Source of the DNA: Candidatus Poribacteria bacterium
Lineage (GTDB): Bacteria; Poribacteria; WGA-4E; WGA-3G
Reading direction: 5' to 3'
Length of the DNA stretch: 64,000 bases
Assembly (NCBI GenBank): GCA_965205025.1
Contig: CBDBFU010000023.1
Span: 1-64,000, forward strand
In this document: positions 31,150 through 41,358 of the stretch, piece by piece
Position numbering within the stretch: the stretch's first letter is position 1
How the letters are laid out: each line of letters begins with the position of its first letter
Made by a program: the position numbers and the translations under genes
Notes under the pieces: generated by a model
What the model saw: only the letters and a program-made list of their open reading frames with translations
What the model was told of the DNA's origin: nothing
Databases searched by the model: none

Positions 31150-33989
31150 TATCTATTAACCGGGATGTCCCCAGAAAGTACTTTTTTCCAATTCCACAAC
31201 AAAATCGTCCCATCTTCACCAGTAGTAGCAAGAGTGTTTCCATCATGTGAGAATAGGAGGGATTTTATTGGGGCAGTGTGTCCTCTTGAGAGAGTATGTA
31301 TTTGCAGACCAGAATCAATCTCCAATATATTTACATCATGGCTCTTATAATCCACAGATAAAAGTTTTGATCCATCAGGAGAGAAAAGTAACATCTCGGA
31401 AGCAACTTGATCATGTAGGATATTATTAACCTCAACTTTGTCTGAATTTGTAATATCCCATATTTCAATAGTCTCCCATCTTTTTACTGCAATTAATCTA
31501 CTATCATGTGAGAACTTTAGTATATCAGCATCAAACGGATAGGATACTATTTTATTCATTCTTGCAATATCCCAAATAGTTGTTTTTGCCTCACCCTCAT
31601 ATCTCCCACTTGCAGCAAGTTTTTGTCCATCTGGGGAAATAGCCATTGATCTAATATAACCAGTATTCTTTTTCATATCATCAAATAAACTGAGTTCAAA
31701 TAATTGGACACCTTCTCTTACATTTATGAAAGTTACAATAGGATATTGGTATGCGTATACAAGAATATCTTGGTTAGGTATAAAGTCAAAATGGGATGTG
31801 TATATCATAGAAGTATCCTCAGACATTACAACAGTAGGTAACTCCATATTGTTAATTAGATCGTATATTCTGACTTTATTTAATTGTTGTGTGGCAATAA
31901 GATTGGCTTTTTTGGATATACTGCCTTTCCATACATAAATGTTCTGGATTAAGGATGGTGTTAATTCTTTGCCTGTGTTTACACTCCAGTTTTGTATTTT
32001 CTTGCTTGAACCAGCACTCATGATAGTAGTATCATCTGGTGAAAATGCTATAGACTCTACAAAAGCTGTATGTCCTTCTGTCACAACGCGTTTATTATTT
32101 TTGTTAGCCAGATCCCATGAACGTATTGTCCCATCTTTGCTGCCACTGACAAGTGTTTTACCGTCTGGTGACAGAACCAGAGAAGTAATTGTATATCTGT
32201 GTCCAATCAGTGTATTAAGTTCCTGACCCGAATTGACATCCCATACTTTTATATTTCCATTACCTCCACCGGTAATAATCTTTTTACCATCATTTGAAAA
32301 TACCAATGAATAGATCCAATTGGTATCATCTTCAAGTGTAACTTTTTCTTTCCCACTTATTAAATCCCAGATTATAACTTCTTTGTCTGGAACTACTGAA
32401 GCAAATAAGCTTTCGTCTTGAGAAATTGTTATTGCTTCTATAGGTTGGTCAATTTTCTTTTTAGGTTTCCTAAAGAAATTAAAAACCTTATCCCAATTGA
32501 TCCAATTAGAATGACCCCTAATTTTGTAGGATAGTGTGATCTTAGGAATTTCTCCATCAAAGTGAATATCTTTCTTACTAATTTCGCCACTGTTATGGCC
32601 TATTATCATGAAACTATGATCGGAATTTATGGCATAGACAGCATCCCTATCAATATAATTTAGGGTTAAAGGACTCCTGGATTTAATATCCCATAATGAC
32701 AGATGTCCAGATATTCCATCTGATCTTATTCCATATAGAATATTTTCCCCTTTTGAATAAGAAACTATAGATCCTGGAGCATAAATTTGTGATGGGAGAT
32801 AGGTCCTATTTAATATTTCAGCTTGTCTATGAAATATTGATTTCTGTTTACCTGTATGAATATCCCATATTTGAATACGACTATTATAACCACAGGTGGT
32901 GAGAGATTTTCCATCAGTTGAAAAAGTTAATGCTGTTATATTTCTTGGTTGATTAAATTGGATTGGGATACCTTCCCCAGTTTCTATATCATAAACCCAC
33001 GCACCAACACTACTTCCAACTGCAAGTTTAGATCCATCGGGAGAGAATTGCATTACATTAATTCCACCCTTTCCAAGACGGTAATTAACTTGTGGTGGTA
33101 ATCCTTTAGAATGATATTCTGGATCTGGCTCAAGATCTTTTTGAATATCAGTAACCAAGTCAGGTATCTTATATTGTAACTTCTGTATTACGTTGTAATC
33201 TTGAATTGGATTATTACTGATATGTAATACCTCTAAATTTTCAAGTTTACTTATCGGACTTACATCCATAATATTGTTATTGTTAATCCGTAAATCATAT
33301 AGTTTAGAGAGAATACCGATTGGGTTAATATCACTAATCTGATTGTTAGCCAACTGTAGTCCTGTCAGTTGATGGATTTCATATAGTGGAGATATATCTT
33401 GAATTTGGTTCTTTTGAAGTGATAGATATTTCAAGCGTAACATACCTTTTAAGGGAGAAATATTCAGAATATTGTTCTCTTGAAGTGATAAATATCTCAG
33501 TTTTCTAAGATTAGATAATGGACCAATATCTTGAATATTATTTCCTTGTAACATCAGGTATTCAAGCTGTTTTAATTCTCGTATCGGTGAAATATCATGT
33601 ATGTGGTTATCATGCAGTAATAAAGCCGTAAGTTGAGATAATTGTGCCAATGGACCAATTTCACTAATGTCATTATTATAGAGATTCAAAAATTTTAATT
33701 GAGTCAATCCTCTTAAAGGCGATAAATCAGTGATATTATTCTCATTAAGATGTAAGGTTGTTAAACTTGTGAATTTTTCTAATCCAGTTAAATCATTTAT
33801 ATCTCTATTATGAGCATTAATGATTTTTAGCTTATCTATTTTGTTAATTGAAATACGAGAATTAGTTTTTAATTTTAGGGCTTCCCGAATTACTTTAGCC
33901 AGATTCTCATCTGGAATATCAACAAATTCAGATGTAGTACAACTCATAAAAATTATACTAATCAATAATAATAGAATGATATTTTTCAT
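31149..33989 (-). CDS. Lipoprotein with internalin-like LRR region fused to WD40 repeats
   Basis: IFMSC lipobox; about 9 LxxLxLxxNxIxDIxPL repeats; GH....L.FSPDG..L.SG..DGTI..WD repeats. Confidence 0.88.
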   Translation of the reverse strand: MKNIILLLLISIIFMSCTTSEFVDIPDENLAKVIREALKLKTNSRISINKIDKLKIINAHNRDINDLTGLEKFTSLTTLHLNENNITDLSPLRGLTQLKFLNLYNNDISEIGPLAQLSQLTALLLHDNHIHDISPIRELKQLEYLMLQGNNIQDIGPLSNLRKLRYLSLQENNILNISPLKGMLRLKYLSLQKNQIQDISPLYEIHQLTGLQLANNQISDINPIGILSKLYDLRINNNNIMDVSPISKLENLEVLHISNNPIQDYNVIQKLQYKIPDLVTDIQKDLEPDPEYHSKGLPPQVNYRLGKGGINVMQFSPDGSKLAVGSSVGAWVYDIETGEGIPIQFNQPRNITALTFSTDGKSLTTCGYNSRIQIWDIHTGKQKSIFHRQAEILNRTYLPSQIYAPGSIVSYSKGENILYGIRSDGISGHLSLWDIKSRSPLTLNYIDRDAVYAINSDHSFMIIGHNSGEISKKDIHFDGEIPKITLSYKIRGHSNWINWDKVFNFFRKPKKKIDQPIEAITISQDESLFASVVPDKEVIIWDLISGKEKVTLEDDTNWIYSLVFSNDGKKIITGGGNGNIKVWDVNSGQELNTLIGHRYTITSLVLSPDGKTLVSGSKDGTIRSWDLANKNNKRVVTEGHTAFVESIAFSPDDTTIMSAGSSKKIQNWSVNTGKELTPSLIQNIYVWKGSISKKANLIATQQLNKVRIYDLINNMELPTVVMSEDTSMIYTSHFDFIPNQDILVYAYQYPIVTFINVREGVQLFELSLFDDMKKNTGYIRSMAISPDGQKLAASGRYEGEAKTTIWDIARMNKIVSYPFDADILKFSHDSRLIAVKRWETIEIWDITNSDKVEVNNILHDQVASEMLLFSPDGSKLLSVDYKSHDVNILEIDSGLQIHTLSRGHTAPIKSLLFSHDGNTLATTGEDGTILLWNWKKVLSGDIPVNR

Positions 33990-34175
33990 ATTCTTAATAT
34001 CTTGTAATTCTTTGTATTCAAATAATTCAGTTATGAATGAGTAATTTGTAACGGAATTAGTCGTTTTGAACTTGAAAAGGCGCGATAATCCCTATTATAG
34101 AGTGGGTTTATATGGTATCTTATAGGTGAGAAATTTAGGAACTTTAACCCAAATTAAACACGAGTATACAAGTTA

Positions 34176-34446
34176 TACCATTTCTGGTAATTAAAGTCTC
34201 ATTAATAGAATCTCTATAATGTAGCACAAACTTCATGAGGATTAAGTTTTAAATTCGGTAATTCCCATTTTCCCAAACTTGGTAGGTTCGGTTTCCTAAC
34301 CACGGGGAATGCTATATAGCATTCATACTGTTGATTCGAATTTCTAACACATTACCGAATTATTATTTTAATCTTCATCCAGTTTGTGTAGTATTTCAAG
34401 ACATAAATATCACCCAATCGTGGGAGAATCATTTATAGAAATGGTA
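34176..34446. mobile_element. MITE family A copy with nested family B insertion (34235-34378)
   Basis: TTA TSD; near-identical to the empty copy at 20627 once the 144-bp insert is removed. Confidence 0.88.
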
Positions 34447-34594
34447 TTATTATTCTGATGTTCTTGCTAATCTAAATTGTATCAGAATCCGTCGGAAAAA
34501 ATCAACTCATTACGGAGTATCCCTTGATATACTACTTGAATTCAAATTATAAATGTGATTTAATGCAACCATTATTTACCATACCATAAGGAGC

Positions 34595-35143
34595 TTGGGT
34601 ATGTTTAATAGAATTGCAGGTATGATATTCATCATCTGTTTACTCTTAGTTGCGTGCTATGTTTTGTATCAATATGATACTGCACCTGCCAAGAAAGAAG
34701 CAGCCAAAAATGCTGAAATTGTGCATCAATGGGAAAGAGAGCAATCTAATACTGGCAGCACACCAGAAACAGTGTCACCCCAAGAAACTGTGGAAAGTGC
34801 GACACCAATCGCTTCGGTGAACCCCGAACATGAGTTACTCTTCCGTGTTCGAATCAAACTATATCAACAAGGTATTCAAGCTACAGGAGCAACTTATTTA
34901 CGTAACGGACTAATTTATCCTATCATAAAAGGTGTCTGTTATGTTGAATGGGATACGGTGGAATATCCAGATGGCACTGTTAAAAGGTATGTTTCTCGTT
35001 CTACAGGACATCCTGACGATCATTTCATGCGTGGAGCAAAGGGTCGTGTTTTAGAAAGTGATATTCCAAGTCACCTCAAAATTTACACATACCCAGATGG
35101 GGGTATTGATCCCTATGAATTTTTAAATTTATCAAAGGAGTAA
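34595..35143 (+). CDS. Membrane-anchored hypothetical protein
   Basis: AAGGAG RBS; N-terminal TM, low-complexity linker, C-terminal GIDPYEFL. Confidence 0.72.
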   Translation: MGMFNRIAGMIFIICLLLVACYVLYQYDTAPAKKEAAKNAEIVHQWEREQSNTGSTPETVSPQETVESATPIASVNPEHELLFRVRIKLYQQGIQATGATYLRNGLIYPIIKGVCYVEWDTVEYPDGTVKRYVSRSTGHPDDHFMRGAKGRVLESDIPSHLKIYTYPDGGIDPYEFLNLSKE

Positions 35144-35379
35144 TTTGAATTGCTTACACTCATTTATAATAAGATGAAAATCAAAAATGTATTCCGTTCA
35201 CTCTTAAGTTATATTATTATTAACATACGTGATTCACGGAGAATTGGTATACTTTAAATTATAAACCCTTATACAATAAGGGTTCGTAAAATTGCTCCGT
35301 GAAGGTTTCCGTGAAAGTACAATCATCTCAGAACGATAAATATTAACACTTTTCCATTTATATTAACGGATACACAGTA

Positions 35380-37521
35380 CTATAACTTTGATGGTTCGAT
35401 TACCAAGTCCGGTATAGGATTCCCCATTTTATCAGTTATACGAAAATAAAAACCCCAGCCACCAGTTTCTTCACATACCTTAACGAGAATACTGTTTTTA
35501 CCTGCTTTAAGAAATACAGGAAATTTATAGTCATCAATCTGAGCTGTGAAAGTTTCTGTATGTTGAAATATTGCTTTTCCATTGAACCATACTTTTCCTT
35601 GATCATCTGAATCAAAACGGAATTGAACGACTTGATCTTTTGGTGAGATTACCGTTGTATATGCATAACCGACTGCCCAATCCACATCCTTTCCAAGATG
35701 AACATACCCATTGAAGATTTCATCCTTCCCATTCCTCCATTGGATTTTATCATATTTCCCTTCATATACTTCATCAGTGTTAAATTCGGTTAACTCTTCA
35801 TTAATATATGATTTTTTACATCCATTACCCATCCTGTTATCAAAAGGACCAAGAACAATCCAGGAATCTTCCGTAATAAATGCTGTCTTGTTAATCTCTG
35901 TCCTTGCTTTTTCATTCATTCCATTTTCTTGATAAAAATCCGCTAAAGCTAATGTTGCATGATAATATGGTGATGAGTTATTAGGCATTAAGTCAATAAT
36001 AGATTTCAACATTTCTGCATAAGTATCTTTATTTTTGATATTTTTACTGGTTTTTACAATCCGTTCAAACCATCTACGTTCCATAAATGGTAATCCAATA
36101 GATTCAATATTAGTTTCAATTAGGTGAAGGGCATCCCCAAATCGTTCATTAACAAGAAAAGCATGCCCGAGTGTAATAGTATTGTTTGAATCATATCGAT
36201 TACTGAATGCTAATAATGCACAATCTAAGGCTTCTTCAGGGAGTATATTCTTAGCGAGTAGAAATTCTGCAATTCTGTTATATTCAGTTGATTGATTTTT
36301 TAGATCCGCTAATATCCTCTCATTTTTATACCAGTTTTTGTATGCATTTTCTGCTTCCTTATGTTTGCCTAACTTTGAGTATGTATCTCCTAACAATTTA
36401 AACAAGACAATACTATCATCCATTGTTGGTTCTAAACCTTCAAGAATCTCAATCAGACTATTTTCCTTCTCTTGTAGAGTATATAGATTACTTAGATCCA
36501 ATAAAATGTTATCATGCTCAAACATAGTTAAATCGGCATCTAATGCTTGGAGGTACAGATTTTCTGCATCTGAAATACGTTTAGATTTAACTAACGCCTG
36601 TGTCAAAATACGATAATATTCAAATATATTGGGATCTTTCTCAATTTTCTGTTCATAGATTCTTATAATCTCTTGAAACTGTTCAGGATTTGCTTCAACA
36701 GGTTCAGGTTTAATATACTCGATAATTTTTGCGTTACCTTCAAAGAATCCAACATTATTATTTTGTGAGATGTCAGTAATAATTGAAACATTTTTCTTAT
36801 CAAAGTTCCAATAAGCCACTAAACCATCTTCATTTCCATTCAATTTATTTTTTATAGAAATCTGTATTTCATCGCTTGTTAGTGCTTTGTTCCAAACGGA
36901 TACATCGTCTATCTGACCAATAAAAGTTGAAAGTGCCACTATTTCTGTTTCATGGGCATGTCCTATCCGAAGTGGTAATTTACTTTCATAGATTTCAGGA
37001 TTCCAATTAAATCCATTACTTCCAACCTCCAATCCATCTATATATAGTTGCATTATATTATTCTCTGTATCAATGACACCTGCAATGTGAGTCCATTCAT
37101 TTAACGAGACTGCCCCTGAATGTGAAAAGATATATCTTTCACCTTGACCTTTCGGTGAAAATGCAAATTGAATTGCACCATTACTGCGTAAAAATAGGGC
37201 GAAACTTCTATTGCTAATTTCAGGAGTACGTTTATCACCTTTATAGACAATAGATACATATTTGTTGGGAAATGCTATAGGTCTTATCCAAGCGGTAACC
37301 GTAATCTTCTGATTAATTGTATTCAATATATTACTATCAATGATTTCTACATAGCTATTGTTGCCGTCAAGATGGAGTGCAGAATCCATAATTATGTTAT
37401 CATTCTTGTCAATATTATTTTTGATATCATTCTGTGCATAAGAAATTGAATATAACGAAAACACAACTAAATTAATCGTAAGTAGAATTATGGGTTGAAA
37501 TCGGAGAATTTTTAAAGGCAT
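35380..37521 (-). CDS. Secreted LamG plus TPR plus C-terminal beta-sandwich protein (paralogue of 28951)
   Basis: Same architecture; WIVLGPFD, DSDDQGKVWFNG and L.AG.NSILVKV motifs. Confidence 0.82.
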   Translation of the reverse strand: MPLKILRFQPIILLTINLVVFSLYSISYAQNDIKNNIDKNDNIIMDSALHLDGNNSYVEIIDSNILNTINQKITVTAWIRPIAFPNKYVSIVYKGDKRTPEISNRSFALFLRSNGAIQFAFSPKGQGERYIFSHSGAVSLNEWTHIAGVIDTENNIMQLYIDGLEVGSNGFNWNPEIYESKLPLRIGHAHETEIVALSTFIGQIDDVSVWNKALTSDEIQISIKNKLNGNEDGLVAYWNFDKKNVSIITDISQNNNVGFFEGNAKIIEYIKPEPVEANPEQFQEIIRIYEQKIEKDPNIFEYYRILTQALVKSKRISDAENLYLQALDADLTMFEHDNILLDLSNLYTLQEKENSLIEILEGLEPTMDDSIVLFKLLGDTYSKLGKHKEAENAYKNWYKNERILADLKNQSTEYNRIAEFLLAKNILPEEALDCALLAFSNRYDSNNTITLGHAFLVNERFGDALHLIETNIESIGLPFMERRWFERIVKTSKNIKNKDTYAEMLKSIIDLMPNNSSPYYHATLALADFYQENGMNEKARTEINKTAFITEDSWIVLGPFDNRMGNGCKKSYINEELTEFNTDEVYEGKYDKIQWRNGKDEIFNGYVHLGKDVDWAVGYAYTTVISPKDQVVQFRFDSDDQGKVWFNGKAIFQHTETFTAQIDDYKFPVFLKAGKNSILVKVCEETGGWGFYFRITDKMGNPIPDLVIEPSKL

Positions 37522-37639
37522 AATCTACCTCTTTAATAGACAGCGTTAGACTATCTATGGTAATCATTTCTTTTGTTTAATTTGTGGAACTATATCTTTC
37601 TATTGTAACGATAAATTGGATGCAACTTGTATAGATTGG

Positions 37640-38491
37640 TTAAAGTCCAAGTGAGGTTAATGTGAATGTATCGTGATACCATCCCGTACAATTACTATGT
37701 ATATAAACGATATCGTCAATAATCATCTGAAGATTATTCGGGAATTTCTCTACAAGATCATGTCCACGAAGGAAACGTCCATCATAACGTCTAAAAAACA
37801 CAGTGCGACCATCCTCGTTCAAATATACTTCACACATTTCTCCACCATGTTCCGCCTCAATATCAGGATCTATGACTCGAAGACAATGAAAGGTGTTATC
37901 ACCAATTGTAACATCGTACGTTCCTGCCCCTAACCCGTTCCCATCAGTGATTTTGTATGAACCATCTGGTTGAAGTCCATATCGTCCATCGTCAAATATA
38001 TGACGATTACAAGGACCACCCCATTGGTCTTCAAACCATTCATCTCCAAGTGTATTATATATCCTCTTACCATCAATAGTATTTACAACTGCTATCCATC
38101 TTGTGTGATTATCATCAATGGCAACATACATTAAATCTGGAGATGGTGGCCAATCTTTTGTTAACAATTCATTAAATTGGATTTCTACACATTCAGTATC
38201 TCTTATGTAAGCGTTTGCAGTAGGAATCATTTCCGTAACCGCATCTAATTTCTGAGTTTCTCCATCGTATTCTGCCCACATATACCGTTCACCCATGCGT
38301 GGAATCATAAACCACCATTGCAACTCCTGACAATCTACTTGTTTGATGGTATGTGAACTCTCAACGATTTTAATCTCTGGACGAGTAGGGGGAAATGGAT
38401 GTTCAAGTATTTCTCCAGTTGGTTTTATCGTAAATTTCTCACTCATGATATTATTTTTCTCTTCCACTTGAATATTGATATAGGATTGCAC
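37640..38491 (-). CDS. Hypothetical protein
   Basis: 283-aa ORF; start uncertain (probably MSEKF); E.YL...GRTVFFRRY motif. Confidence 0.7.
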   Translation of the reverse strand: MQSYINIQVEEKNNIMSEKFTIKPTGEILEHPFPPTRPEIKIVESSHTIKQVDCQELQWWFMIPRMGERYMWAEYDGETQKLDAVTEMIPTANAYIRDTECVEIQFNELLTKDWPPSPDLMYVAIDDNHTRWIAVVNTIDGKRIYNTLGDEWFEDQWGGPCNRHIFDDGRYGLQPDGSYKITDGNGLGAGTYDVTIGDNTFHCLRVIDPDIEAEHGGEMCEVYLNEDGRTVFFRRYDGRFLRGHDLVEKFPNNLQMIIDDIVYIHSNCTGWYHDTFTLTSLGL

Positions 38492-38504
38492 TTGTCTGTT
38501 CGTC

Positions 38505-38597
38505 TTATGTCCTTTTCACTAAAATTATGAGAACTAATAATAAAAGTCCTACAAACACTCCACCTATAATTATCATTTCATATAAACCGAAAAACAT
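38505..38597 (-). CDS. 30-aa single-TM micro-protein (MFFGLYEMIIIGGVFVGLLLLVLIILVKRT)
   Basis: Translated by hand; AGGAG RBS; paralogous to the upstream peptide. Confidence 0.6.
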   Translation of the reverse strand: MFFGLYEMIIIGGVFVGLLLLVLIILVKRT

Positions 38598-38683
38598 AAT
38601 ATCTCCTGTCCTCTATTAATGAATAAGTGAATTGAATTACATGTGTAGTTGAGTTTTTATAATATGGCAAACACTATATGAAC

Positions 38684-38788
38684 TCAACTACCTTTTGGAT
38701 TGATAAATAGGATTATCGTTAATATAATTCCTACTATAAAAATAACAGCAAAGAACAATATTCCAATTTCAAATAAACCGATAGACAT
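38684..38788 (-). CDS. 34-aa single-TM micro-protein (MSIGLFEIGILFFAVIFIVGIILTIILFINPKGS)
   Basis: Translated by hand; GAGGA RBS; shared GL(F/Y)E start. Confidence 0.6.
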   Translation of the reverse strand: MSIGLFEIGILFFAVIFIVGIILTIILFINPKGS

Positions 38789-38838
38789 AAAAATATCCTC
38801 AAATATTACTTAGTAATTCCAACTAAGAGTACGAAATT

Positions 38839-39651
38839 TTATTCATTTTTCCATCGTTTTACAGCATCCAATTTAGTTTGTTGCCAATCTGTCCAATCTT
38901 TTTTGCCTTCATATCTGACAACGTCATGTATTGTTGCACGTGGTTGATAAGTAATATAGTTCCCCGTATGCCATGCAAGATTCCTATAAATCATAAAGTC
39001 ACCGGGACCAAGGTGTACCTGTACAGCCCCAGGAAACTGTTGACAATGTTCCAAATTATAACGTTCGGCTTCCACATTTGACTGTCCTTCCTGCGGTTTT
39101 CGCAACTTCGGATCTTTTGTAGATTGTTCTTCTCCCGGCATATCCCATTGACGCAGATGACTTCCTGGTACAAACCATGTACAAGAATCAGAATAAATTG
39201 CACAATTTACCTGATTAAAGTGTCTTAGGTCATACCAGACTTCTGCTAACTTTGCCACGACCTGTTCATCTCTTGCTTCAAGAGGAACTTCAACAACACC
39301 ATCACGATGCCAACCAATATGCCATGGATGTTCCAAAGGTTCAACTAACAAACCCATTATATCTACATGACCATGCGTATAGTCATCTCCAAGCAAATTC
39401 TGTATAGCATCTTTAAGTTCAGGAAGTTCTGTATAATCGTAGAATGGTTTCAGGTTCAGTTCATCACCATAATTTGAGAGTGGTTGAATACGTTGGGTTT
39501 GAGGACCATTAAGTTTGTGTGCCAGGTGTCGTGCTTTTTCAGCTTCTATGCGTAAATCTGTGAGTAATGATGGAGGAACAATGCCTCGAAGTATTAAATA
39601 CCCTTGAGATAGATATTCATTCACCATATAGTTGTGAAATTTGAATGACAC
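38839..39651 (-). CDS. PhyH family dioxygenase
   Basis: QGYLIL, WHRD, VPGSH and L.PGD......WH motifs. Confidence 0.87.
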   Translation of the reverse strand: MSFKFHNYMVNEYLSQGYLILRGIVPPSLLTDLRIEAEKARHLAHKLNGPQTQRIQPLSNYGDELNLKPFYDYTELPELKDAIQNLLGDDYTHGHVDIMGLLVEPLEHPWHIGWHRDGVVEVPLEARDEQVVAKLAEVWYDLRHFNQVNCAIYSDSCTWFVPGSHLRQWDMPGEEQSTKDPKLRKPQEGQSNVEAERYNLEHCQQFPGAVQVHLGPGDFMIYRNLAWHTGNYITYQPRATIHDVVRYEGKKDWTDWQQTKLDAVKRWKNE

Positions 39652-39756
39652 TGTTTACCTCTATGGTAGACAATTAGATATTGATTCTTATGCGAAATCA
39701 AATATATATGTAAAGTATTAGATATTGGATGATATTTGTTATACCAGATTCCATTC

Positions 39757-39836
39757 ATTCTACAATAATGATTTTTAGATGTCAATAAAAAGCAATATTC
39801 AATTCTACTTGACGAGTGGTAATTCTTATGTATAAT
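39757..39836. promoter_or_regulatory. Divergent sigma70-type promoters
   Basis: Minus: TTGACA-17-TAGAAT (39785-39757). Plus: TTGACG-16-TATAAT (39809-39836). Confidence 0.55.
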
Positions 39837-39871
39837 GTGGAAACTATAATAGTTATAGAGTAAGCTTGTAT

Positions 39872-41323
39872 ATGTCTCAACCAAATTTGTTATACATTCA
39901 CTCCGATCAACACAACCCCTATGTTACAGGTTGTTATGGGGATGATTTAGTAAAAACCCCTAATTTGGATAAATTAGCATCAGAAGGTGTTATATTAGAT
40001 AATGTATATTGTCCATCTCCTATCTGTGTGCCATCCCGCATGTCTATGTTGACAGGTCGTTATCCTTATGAAAACCGAGTTTGGACGAATAGTCATATAC
40101 TTGATTCGGGTATTCCAACATTTGCTCATGGGATGGGTGCAGCAGGATATGAACCAGTTCTAATTGGTCGTATGCACGCATTGGGTCCAGATCAACTTCA
40201 CGGATATACAGAAAGATTAGTTGGAGATCACGGACCAAATCATCCTGGTGGAATAGGAGTTGATCACGGTGAGCTGTCTGGAACAGCAGGACCTGCAAGA
40301 GTTAGTCTTGTAAAATCAGGACCGGGACAAAGTGCCTATCAGGTACACGATGAAGATGTAACAGCTGCTACAATTGATTATATGAATAGACTTGGGATTC
40401 AGAAAAAAGCAGGACTCCTGAAAAAACCCTTTTCAATTTCAATCGGTTTTATGTTACCACATCAACCATTTGTTGCAAGAAAAGAGGATTATGAACTTTA
40501 TGAAGATATTATGACAATGCCACAACATCCTGAAACATATTCAGATAGTTTACATCCATATTTTAAGTGGTGGCGTGACAAGTGTGGAATTACAGATGTG
40601 GAAAATGATGAGATAATACGCGCTCGGACTGCATATTGGGCACTGGTTACACGCATGGATATAATGATAGGACAAATATTGACTGCACTTCAGGATAACA
40701 ATCTTGACGAAAATACACTCATAATCTATAGTTCTGATCATGGAGAACAGGTAGGTGAACATGGTCTTTGGTGGAAACAGACATTCTATGAACACTCAGT
40801 AAAAGTGCCGGCGATTCTATCGTGGCAAGGAGTTTTACCTGAAGGTGAACGCTGTGAAAGAGTCATTAGTTCTTTGGATATAAATGCTACTATAATTGAT
40901 GCACTTGATTGTCCATCCCTACCTAATTCACGAGGTAGAAGCCTATTACCACTATTAAAAAATGAAGATACCGACTGGGAAAATATTGCATTTTCAGAAT
41001 ACTGCACTGATGATAATTGTTATCATAGAATGATACGACAAGGAGATTGGAAACTGAATTATTATCATGGTCAACCATCACAACTGTTTAACCTTAAGGA
41101 AGATCCTAATGAATTGCAGGACAAAACTGATGATCCAAAATGTCAGGATATTAAGAATGAACTAACCAAGAAAGTATTGGATGGTTGGAATCCTGAAAAA
41201 ATAAAACTTCAGATGGAAGAGAAGAAATTAGATACTCAAATACTTGGTAGATGGACTCGGAATACCAAACCTGTTGATCATTATAGATGGACTCTCTTAC
41301 CAGAGATGGATTATTTGGATTAA
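39872..41323 (+). CDS. Formylglycine-dependent sulfatase (choline-sulfatase-like)
   Basis: PNLL..HSDQH, CVPSR..MLTG (CxPxR), GRMH and SDHGE motifs. Confidence 0.92.
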   Translation: MSQPNLLYIHSDQHNPYVTGCYGDDLVKTPNLDKLASEGVILDNVYCPSPICVPSRMSMLTGRYPYENRVWTNSHILDSGIPTFAHGMGAAGYEPVLIGRMHALGPDQLHGYTERLVGDHGPNHPGGIGVDHGELSGTAGPARVSLVKSGPGQSAYQVHDEDVTAATIDYMNRLGIQKKAGLLKKPFSISIGFMLPHQPFVARKEDYELYEDIMTMPQHPETYSDSLHPYFKWWRDKCGITDVENDEIIRARTAYWALVTRMDIMIGQILTALQDNNLDENTLIIYSSDHGEQVGEHGLWWKQTFYEHSVKVPAILSWQGVLPEGERCERVISSLDINATIIDALDCPSLPNSRGRSLLPLLKNEDTDWENIAFSEYCTDDNCYHRMIRQGDWKLNYYHGQPSQLFNLKEDPNELQDKTDDPKCQDIKNELTKKVLDGWNPEKIKLQMEEKKLDTQILGRWTRNTKPVDHYRWTLLPEMDYLD

Positions 41324-41358
41324 AAAAATGACTATCCTTTATTACCTCATTAACTAAT

